The notes beneath the pieces are model-generated. The model saw only the letters and a program-made list of their open reading frames with translations, was not told the origin of the DNA and ran no database searches. Below, in pieces: positions 1 through 8,915 of a stretch of 39,456 nt of DNA. Every line of letters starts with the position of its first letter. Positions within the stretch are counted from its first letter, which is position 1. This stretch comes from Nemertoderma westbladi (Eukaryota; Animalia; Xenacoelomorpha), in assembly GCA_032718475.1 (NCBI GenBank), contig JAUCBJ010000623.1:1-39456 (forward strand). The letters run 5' to 3'. Both the position numbers and the translations under genes were made by a program.

Positions 1-843
1 AGCAACGTGCTTTAAATGGGCGCAATGCATATGCAGTGGTCGGAGAGTCATCGGATCAGAGTCTACCACCAATATATCAAGTCTAGTAAACAAAATGCAC
101 AATGAACTACTTTCTTAATTGCAGTTGCCATGGCAACGGGTAACATTCACTAGAAACGAGCTATATATTAGCCGTAGGCGTAGCGCCACCCAGAACCACA
201 CTACAGTATATCGATTATAAGGAAAAATATGCAATGTTTTTGTTTCTAGATGCCAATGGCAACCCGTCAGAATTGTTTATAAAGAGTTTTTCATAACACT
301 TAACTGTTTTTTCTTTATAAAAGTGAGCATTCGAATTCGAGCATATACCCTATGCCAAGCCAAAATGTAGCTAAACGGTTTAGGTCGAATTGGGGAAGCT
401 TTTCATTTTCCAATATCTCGCCCTCTACCGGCAGACTGGAGAACTGCAGATCGATTACCGTAACCACAAACACAACCTTTTAATTTTAACCGTACTGTAC
501 ACGCGTACATTGAGTTGGCGCTGGTCTTACGCCGGGTTGCCCTTCAAGCCATTGCCCCCTCCACCAACTAATCGTCTCCCAAAGACAGAAAGAAAGATCA
601 CGCGTAGAACGAACCGGCGTGCACTGAAGTCGGAAGTTATCCCTACCAGCACACAGCCAGTCTGCAAAGCTGCCAGGATGACTTCAAACCGTAATAATTC
701 ATTACCGGATGCTTTACCGGATAAATCCAGACGCGGTAGTGGTATGTCGGGTTCGGGTTCCGGTTCAAGAGGTGGAACCTCACGGCTGAGCGTCTCGGGA
801 GGAAAACAGAACCCGGGTGATTCGAGTACCGGAAATACCCGCA

Positions 844-2380
844 TATGGGGCGCCGTTTGGGCCAAAAATAAAAAAAACATATTATATTAAAAAGTTATAA
901 TGGTATGTTTTTTTATCTTGCCGTTTGGGCCAAAAGTTGTAATGGTATGTTTTTTTATCTTGCCGTTTGGGCCAAAAATAGCTGAGAGGGAAATTTGAAT
1001 TATCACTTTCTATATACTGTATTTATAGCAATTGCAATTATCATCATACCTGTGAGCCTGTCTGCCTATACATGATTGTGGATTGTATTTACACACGGCA
1101 GCACGGTACCGTATCGCTGTAGGAGTGGACTTTAGGCTTACCTCCCGCTGTATGGGCCTTGGCCTACCGGTACTCATATACTGTCACTGGGTAATGCTGT
1201 AATGTAGCGTTAGGCTGTTAGGTACAAATGACATTCTGACATTAATGCCTCAGTATTGCAGTATTGTGGACCACAAGATGTAGGCCTATCACAAGCACAA
1301 GGTGTAATGCTACAGGGCCTAAAGTATACTGATTTGTACCTAACGCATTACAGCATTACCCAGTGACAGTATATGAGTACTGGTAGCCAGACTGGAATCC
1401 ATACACTTTGCGCCGGATTAATCCGGCGCACTTTGCAATAAAAGCGCGCCAATGTGGCGCGTGGCGCGCTTGAAAATCGTAAAGCGCGCCGGCTTTGGCG
1501 CTTGGCGCTCCCAAAAATAAAAACCGGCGCCGATTTTTAACAATTACGGAAGTGCCTTAAAAATTGCATGCATTAGTTGTTTAAAAATTTCAGCTCGCTT
1601 CGCTCGCCTTTCTTTTTAGCATTAGGCCTATAGCTTGTTTCTGTCAGTCTGTTGTATGGTTCAGCAGTTCAGGGGTTAGCCTAGGCTACTGCCTGACTGC
1701 TGTACAGGCTGACAGGGCAGCAGGGGACAGGTACAGCCTGACAGCAGTACAGCATTACCCAGTCTGCCAGTCTGCCAGTGACCGTCGTAATGCAGTACCG
1801 TCGTACTGCATACTGACATTGACTTACTGACTTAAGACAGACTATGGTTACATTCCTTCAAAATTGAAATTGCATTGGCGTGGCCCCTGCTGGTGGCCGT
1901 GGCGCTCTTCAAAATGTTTTAATGCGCGGCGCGCTTAAAAATTTCGTTGGCGCGGGCAGGCGGGGTTTGATTCGAAATTGCATTGGCGCGCGGCGCGCAT
2001 AACAATTGGTCGGCGCGCTATCCGGCGCACTTTTTGGATGGATTCCATACAGGACTGGTAGGGCAAGGCCCATACAGCCATACAGCGGGAGGTAAGCCTA
2101 AAGTCCACTCCTACAGCGATACGGTACACCGTGTGTAAATACAATCCACAATCATGTATAGGCAGACAGGCTCACAGGTATGATGATAAGTGCAATTGCT
2201 AAATACAGTATATAGAAAGTGATAATTCAAATTTCCCTCTCAGCTATTTTTGGCCCAAACGGCAAGATAAAAAAACATACCATTACAACTTTTGGCCCAA
2301 ACGGCAAGATAAAAAACATACCATTATAACTTTTTAATATAATATGTTTTGTTTATTTTTGGCCCAAACGGCGCCCCATA
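844..2380. mobile_element. Non-autonomous foldback DNA transposon, IS3EU-like
   Basis: Termini TATGGGGCGCC...GGCGCCCCATA with inverted arms of ~390 bp (844-~1230 vs 1333-1386 plus 2062-2380). 6-bp TSD CCCGCA at 838-843 and 2381-2386. TAY..RTA ends with a 6-bp TSD match my recollection of the IS3EU superfamily. Confidence 0.75.
1387..2053. mobile_element. hAT-like MITE nested in the foldback element
   Basis: 8-bp TSD ACTGGTAG (1379-1386, 2054-2061). Imperfect 16-bp TIR CCAGACTGGAATCCAT / ATGGATTCCATACAGG. GGCGCG-rich subterminal repeats. Confidence 0.7.
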
Positions 2381-3381
2381 CCCGCACCGACGGTCGGAAA
2401 GAGTTCGAAGTTGGTTGCTCGGGCTCGAACTGTACCGTATCGGTTATATGTATCGCTAAATCGGGAACTCAATGGGGCCGCTTAGATTTCTACTGTGGAA
2501 GTTGCGCGGCACGCCACTTTACCAGGTTCACCAAGGAACTACACGATATAGAAACGAAACTTGAAGACAAGCTATCACGCTTAGAGAAAACGACTGCTGG
2601 CGAGATACTATCGCTGGAACAAAAAGTCGAGCAACTCGAACTCTCCTGTACTGCGAATGAAGTAAAAATCAGTGACACTGAATACAAACTAGAAACAATG
2701 AAAAGCAGCTCAGCAGATGAAGAATCGCCCCAAATATGGTCGGACGTCGTTGCGGACGGTGATTGGCAGAAGGTTAAGCCACAACGTCGTAACAAACGAA
2801 ATGACATCGCTTCAATTTCGCCAAATCTAGCTCTTCTCTCTAAACAAATAAAAAATGAAGAGGCGGAACAGAGCAGACGAAAAACTAACATCGTTCTCAA
2901 AGGTTCCAAGCCAAGCACCAACGACAAACAAGTAGTGTTAGATATAGCTGACGAACTGGGAGTCGAACTAGATGAATCAGAGATTAAAACTAAACGAGTC
3001 GGGCAGCTGCGAGACAATCAAAATTCACATCCAATCATTGTCACTCTTTCTAAAGAAAAGCGCGAGATATTGTTGAAGAGGGCTCGCAATCTCCGCAAGT
3101 CGTCATGTTACAGAGATATATACATATCGCCTGACTACACACCAGCGGAAAGCAAACTTCAATATTCTCTCCGGCAGGAACGGCGCGCCATGGCTGCAGC
3201 GGATCCGAATATAGACTGGATTATCCACAACGGTGCTGTAGTAGACTCGGTGACTGTCAACCGCCCCAACACGCGTGGCACCCGTCAACGTCAGTCGACA
3301 AGTGCCAACACTCAGAACGAGATCCAAGGGTTGCCTGAAAAAACTTTAATTGTAATTGATGAGTCAAGGCGGGTGGACTGA

Positions 3382-4415
3382 CTATTGCCTAAATGCCCTG
3401 AACCGACGTGCTCCAATCTTATTCAAACTCCGAGGGTTGCGGGTCAGTCTCCTCCGGTTCCGAGGGTTGCGGACCGGTCTCCTCTAGCTCCGGGGGTTGC
3501 GGGTCTGTCTCCTCCAACTCTGAGGGTTGCGGGTCGGTCTCCTCCAGCTCCGAGGGTTGCGGGTCGGTCTCCTCCAGGTCTGAGGGTTGCGGGCCGGTTT
3601 CCTCTGGCTCCGAGGGTTGTGGGCCGGTCTCCTCCAGTTCCGAGGGTTGCGGGTCGGTCTCCTCCGGGTCTGAGGGTTGTGGGTCGGACTCCTCTGGCTC
3701 CAAGGGTTGCGGGTCGGTCTCCTCCGGGTCTGGGGGTTGCGGGCCGGTCTCCTCCGGCTCCGAGGGTTGCGGGTTGGTCTCCTCCGGGTCTGGGTGTTGC
3801 GGGTCAGTCTCCTCCGGCTCCTGGGGTTGCGGGTTGGTCTCCTCTAGCTCCGGGTGTTGCGGGTCGGTCTCCTCCAGCTCCGAGGGTTGCTGGTCGGTCT
3901 CCTCCGGGTCTGAGGGTTGCGGGCCGGTCTCCTCCGGCTCCGAAGGTTGCGGGCCGGTCTCCTCCAGTTCTGAGGGTTGCGGGTCGGTCTCCTCCGGGTC
4001 TGAGGGTTGCGGGTCGGACTCCTCTGGCTCCAAGGGTTGCGGGTCGGTCTCCTCCGGGTCTGGGGGTTGCGGGCCGGTCTCCTCCGGCTCCGAGGGTTGC
4101 GGGTTGGTCTCCTCCGGGTCTGGGTGTTGCGGGTCGGTCTCCTCCGGCTCTGGGGGTTGCGGGTCGGTCTCCTCCGGCTCCGGGGGTTGCGGGTTGGTCT
4201 CCTCCGGCTCTGGGGGTTGCGGGTCGGTTTCCTCCAGCTCCGAGGGTTGCGGGTCGGTCTCCTCTGGGTCTGAGGGTTGCGGGCCAGTCTCCTCCAGCTC
4301 CGAGGGTTGCGGGAAGCAAACAGAAGTTTTGCATTGGACTATTCAATGCGCGATCGATAAATAATAAGGCTGCAATAATTAAGGATTATATAGTCGACTT
4401 GAATATTGACATACT
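3382..4415 (+). pseudogene. LINE ORF2, 5' part: Pro/Arg/Gly repeat region plus the start of the APE endonuclease (GLFNARSINNK...DIL)
   Basis: GAC ATA CT|T GCT CTT ACA GAG joins across the LTR insertion to give DILALTETWL, the conserved endonuclease motif. Confidence 0.9.
3428..4313 (+). repeat. 30-bp coding minisatellite, ~29 copies (RVAGRSPPAP-like)
   Basis: Unit ~CTCCGAGGGTTGCGGGTCGGTCTCCTCCGG is directly visible. Confidence 0.95.
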
Positions 4416-4555
4416 TATAGAATTATATTCCCTAAATGCCGTGGATTTTCAAAATTTTATTTTATTCGAATTAACTTTGTAAAGATTGCTTTGAGTTCTC
4501 ATTAGTATTGGTTCTATCTATTGTGCACCCATCGGTCAAGTGGTTCAGTAGCTCA

Positions 4556-6333
4556 TGCTGTCATGAGTAGGAATGCCTAAGGTGCGTGGTAAAAGCTAAG
4601 GTCGGTGGTAGCGTGCTAAGGTCGGTGGTAGCTTGTTAAGGTGCGTGGTAGGGAGCTGCTAAGGTAAGTGTAAAATCCAGTGAGAATATTGAGTTCTCTG
4701 GTAGTAGAGGGAAATTTAAATTCTATAAATTGTACTTTCAGTGACGCTGCCTATCTATACGCTATACCTGCCTTAGGCTGTTAGGGGTCTATTATCAGCC
4801 TATTATTATAGCAATAGGCAGAGGTGTTTAAAGGCAGAGGCCGTTTAATATACCTACCGGTACTGTAGGGTTAGGGGTTCAATAGCTTCTCTATTTAGCC
4901 CAATTCAGAATTCAGCCCAAGGCATCATATATCATGACATCTGATGTAGGCTAGGCCCTATTCTTTATTATTACTGTATTACTGTATTATCACTGCATTA
5001 TTATGCGATTATTATTATACCCGATTATTATTCACGGATTAAAACAGCAATATCTCAAATAGATGTTCTAAATGTTCTAAACAATTGATATGGATATTAC
5101 ACACGCAATTGTATTAGGAATTTTCAACGGGGGGATTTAATTGGCAAAGTTAATACATATGAAGTAAAATATGGTGGTGGTGAATATTATAGAGCTGAAA
5201 TTATAATACATGGTAATATGATTGACAATAACTTCTATACCTTCCTTACTAAGGCTCGGGACATGAAAGCTAATGGTTATTCATTTAAACAACTCCGGAA
5301 GGAAATTCAAACCCAGGATATCCGGAGTAATCGACGACCTCATTTCAGGAGCTATCAGTTGAATGGTCCACCCTTGCTGTTATCGTGTGAAGAGAACCAT
5401 CAACTGATTTTATGACATAAAGGTGTTTTTTAGGATGCTAGATCACATATATGCCACTCAATATCATATTATCCGACCAAATTAGATTTTTGTCATTTGA
5501 AATTAATTTTATGCTACTTGTATTTTTCGTCCCAGAGCAGACAAGCACCGACGATCATAGTTGCATTCATATTCCCACGAATGATTTTAACGAGTTGTAT
5601 CATGATCAGCGACCTTGAAAACCAGTATAGCTTTAGACTTATCAAACCAAAGGCAACATTTAACAGTTTGAAATTTTTGCTACTTTGTACTTTTCATTCT
5701 GGAGCACCAGATGGCACTAAAAATGACGGTTGCATTGCCCGAATATTTTTTTAACAAGTTTTATCGTAAACAGCGACCTCGAAAACCTTTAAACCATCTA
5801 AATTATAATTTTTGAGCCAAGATATAAACAAATGTCTAAAATGACCCCCCTCTGCCCCTCCCCCCCCCCTGGGCCAATTGAGTAGTAAAATAGACTGGAC
5901 CAGATAGGGTTAATTTATTTGGTCATATATGGCCATTGGTTTATTCTACACTAAAGAGAATCGCATGCTAGACACGTGCGATACGCATGGGTACTTCGCA
6001 TGATATCCGCATGCGTATCGCTTCTAAAGGTCCGGACACTTTCTCATGCGATTCGCATGCGAATTAGATGCGTGACCCACATGCGATACGCATGAACATT
6101 TTTGACTGGGGTTTCAATGGAAGTAGTTAAAATAATGTCCTATTTAAAAATGAAAACCATACTTTTTTATCTACTTATAAAATAAACCATTTCAGCAATA
6201 TGTCTAATGTTTTCACATTTTTTTCTTTTTTTGTTCCCTTTTCCCTCTTTTCCCCTTTCTGTTTATCCTTGTTTTCCTGCTGGTTTTCTTATTTTTTTTT
6301 CCCCCCTCCCAGCAGTCTGTTTCACCCCAAGCC
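4556..6333. mobile_element. TIR-less 1.78-kb insertion in the tRNA-like A box of the 5' LTR, possibly a non-autonomous Dada element
   Basis: Absent from the 3' LTR. 7-bp TSD TAGCTCA (4549-4555, 6334-6340). No terminal inverted repeats, but CTAAGGT..GTGGTA repeats at 4578-4655. The insertion itself is certain; the family assignment is inference. Confidence 0.6.
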
Positions 6334-6469
6334 TAGCTCAGTCGGTAGAGCGTTGGAAATTATATGTGTAGTAGGTATCGAGTTCGAATCCTAGTAAGTG
6401 CGAATTATTTTTTGTGCAGAATTTCAACTCATTTAAATTAACCGCTACAAATTAATTGCATTTGTCTGT

Positions 6470-6640
6470 ACCAATGAGACTGTAGTTATTTGATTGTAAC
6501 CAATGTCGTGCAAGTTATATATTAGCTGGACCAATAGCTATCTTTAAAACCTTGTTAGAACCCATAGAACAATCGAGAATTTTCTCGATTGATTGCGGCA
6601 CAAATTGGCTATATAAAGGTGCGATTTCGTTCATTAGTTT
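6470..6640 (+). promoter_or_regulatory. Putative Pol II promoter in the LTR (CCAAT boxes, TATA, Inr-like); copy at ~20555-20725
   Basis: CCAAT at ~6471, ~6500 and ~6531; TATATAAA at 6610-6617; TCATTAGT at 6631-6638. AATAAA occurs at 6749 and 7329. Confidence 0.55.
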
Positions 6641-8106
6641 ACTCTACTTCTTCAATCTTATTCTCTCAGTTATTCAGTTATCTGATATTTGTTTATTCCG
6701 TGCTTAGTTTATTTTCAGATTACATTGTATTATAATTGTATCTTCTGTAATAAAGTCAGAATCTCTCAGCTTATCTATCTGTTTTACTATGGATTCACTA
6801 CGGTGAACAAACTCAGGGACAGGATGGCCGGCTAGAGATCGGGCCGCAGCAATGAACGGGAACATCACGGGAATGTAGACGAGAGACAACCCGCAATACC
6901 ATTTAGAGTTATTCGCCCATCGCCTGAAAGGTTAGACAGCGTTCGATCCTTGCTACCTAAGTGTAAGACCAAAAGATCAAAAGGTAGAAGTAGTGACACG
7001 CTGCAAGCCTAAAATTACATCATAGGGACTGTACTGTCTTGATTCAGGAAAACCCACAGTAGACCTTCACATTCCTACGGGGGAGAGGGAGAGCGCAGGC
7101 AGATACTAGTACGCAGATAGGACGTAGGCACACCGGTACAAGGCATACACATTGGTTAGGGTGCAGCAAACTGTACGCTTAACTCTTGCTAAGTACAGGT
7201 GCGTGTGCGACTATTTGCAGTACGACAGTGTCAAGTGCATCAGAACTTGTAGGCTAGGGGGGTTGCTGTGTTTTCACCTGAATTAGGATTGTACCGTTCA
7301 GGCGGTAGGGCAGTTTACGCTAGGCGCAAATAAATTGAGGCTATCAGGGATATACTAACATCTACCGTGTCCCCGCCAAAGCCCTAATAGGAAGTTACCC
7401 GGACTACCTGGGTGACTAAAATTCTAGATAAGAGCCAGGATAGCTATTAGTACCCGTACGCCTACAGTAGTAAACTAACACATCTCTTCTTAGTATCAGG
7501 GACCTGGTACCTAAAATTGCCGAATTCTGGGCGTAGTATTAACCTTATGCCTGAATTTGAGTCCTGGAAATACGCAAGAGGGGAAGGAACCTTATCATTC
7601 GTGAGTATTGGACCTACAAGTTACAAAATTAGAATATTCGTAAAATGCACACCGTACCCAGTAATTATATATGTGAAGGAGCAAAACTGTTTTGACCGTT
7701 CAGAATTAATACGCGCGCGTTAGAAATTATTTACACCTCGAAATATATAAAATTAACTTTTGTCCTTACTGTGCTTTGCCCGCTAGTTAGACATCTCCAA
7801 ATATCTGCCTGTGTACCTAGCTAGCGTCCCTTTGCCCAACCATATAAATCACACCGCGGCAAGGTATGCGAGCCCCTTAGTCCGTCAGTGAGTCAGCCTG
7901 ATTTTAGGATTCGCTGCGCGGGATTTTGTTTTATCGAAGTTGGTCTGCTCGTAGACTGTTTTCTGCCTCACCGGTTATAAGAGATCGATACTGCAATATA
8001 TTCACTTACTTAGAGTTTACTGTTTTGGTGAGAAGGTCGGATTTATGATTTGATTTACAAACTTTACAGTAGGATATTGCAGGTATTGTTACCGTCTCTT
8101 CCAATA

Positions 8107-8117
8107 GTAGGAATGTG
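8107..8117 (+). promoter_or_regulatory. Non-tRNA primer-binding site GTAGGAATGTG, complementary to LTR 7068-7078
   Basis: Directly abuts the LTR end and lacks the TGG of a tRNA PBS. Its reverse complement CACATTCCTAC is at 7068-7078 and 21153-21163. Confidence 0.7.
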
Positions 8118-8915
8118 TTTTACTGAACTACGGTTCGGTAGGACTAAAGTTATTTGAAAATTTTGTATTTTGAGGTAAAAATTTGTATTTGATTAGCTAA
8201 GTGCTAATTTTTTGAAATAAAAAATTTGATTTGAACCGCGTGTAAAATATTTTGGAATTGAATACCGGTGTTTAAAAGGGTTTAAATACCATATTATACC
8301 GGTACAAAATTTTTCGTAAAGTAAAACCTAACTCTTTTGTTTTTCAGGATTCAGAACTCATTTCTAGACTGTAACGGGAGCAAGACCGTGTTTAGCAAGT
8401 TTGGGAGATAGATAACTCAACAACTTTGGTTGGGAAAATCGCGTTTCGTCCGCAACGTTAAAAACGGAAAGGTTCACGTCTGGTTTGTATCTGAGAATCT
8501 GTTTTTCTGGAGAATTATTGGAGTGGGTGAGTTCGAAAAGTTGCATAAATAAGTTAGGCATTACCGTATTAGTTAAAATTATTGTGGGTTCCACTGTCTC
8601 AAGTATTTATGCATTCCGTATGAGTTCTTTGTTCATTGCTGAATTAGTCCGTATTATTGTATTTAATTTACCTTTTGATAACGCATATCGTTATCTGATT
8701 TATTTGTTATAAAATTGGCCGCTAGGCTAATTTTATTATATACTTATTCCGTGACATTTATTTGCTGTAAAATTGGCCGTTTAGGCTAATTTTATCCATC
8801 TGCTATAAAATCGGCCGGTAGGCTAATTTTATAAGACTGTAATTAGTACCGTTTAGATAAAATACGGTAAGTTTGATACTTTGACACTCACTTTACTTGA
8901 CTTACAACTACCGAA

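Larger units (their letters stand above)
678..3381 (+). pseudogene. LINE ORF1 (join 678-843, 2387-3381; ~386 aa): Cys motif, coiled coil and RRM-like region, disrupted by an insertion
   Basis: ...GNTR (to 843) continues in frame as TDGRKEFEVGC after the insert. It contains FYCGSC, the heptad-rich ETKLEDKLSRLE segment and RKTNIVLKG, which resemble CR1/L2 ORF1. Confidence 0.8.
4416..8106 (+). repeat. 5' LTR (4416-4555 + 6341-8106 = 1906 bp), interrupted by an insertion
   Basis: Matches 20286-22191. Begins TATAGAATT and ends CTTCCAATA. Identical small ORFs occur at a constant 14085-bp offset. Confidence 0.95.

Noticed and set aside
1-500. Possible DNA-transposon remnant or LINE 5' UTR
   Set aside because: No boundaries, TIR pair or TSD could be established.
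3408-4364. Cys/Ser-rich, Glu/Pro-rich and other overlapping ORFs
   Set aside because: These are alternative frames of the 30-bp repeat; only the 3385 frame runs into the endonuclease.
4567-4575. GTAGGAATG in the Dada-like insert matches 9 nt of the PBS
   Set aside because: A short match with no positional logic; likely chance.
6704-7723. Small duplicated ORFs (61 and 68 aa) in both LTRs
   Set aside because: Duplication reflects LTR identity; they have non-ATG starts and no recognisable motif.
6800-8000. Self-cleaving ribozyme or group I intron in the long LTR 3' region
   Set aside because: Local hairpins exist (e.g. CCTGAA/TTCAGG at ~7277-7302), but I found no hammerhead CUGANGA core or convincing group I P7; an Infernal/Rfam scan is needed.
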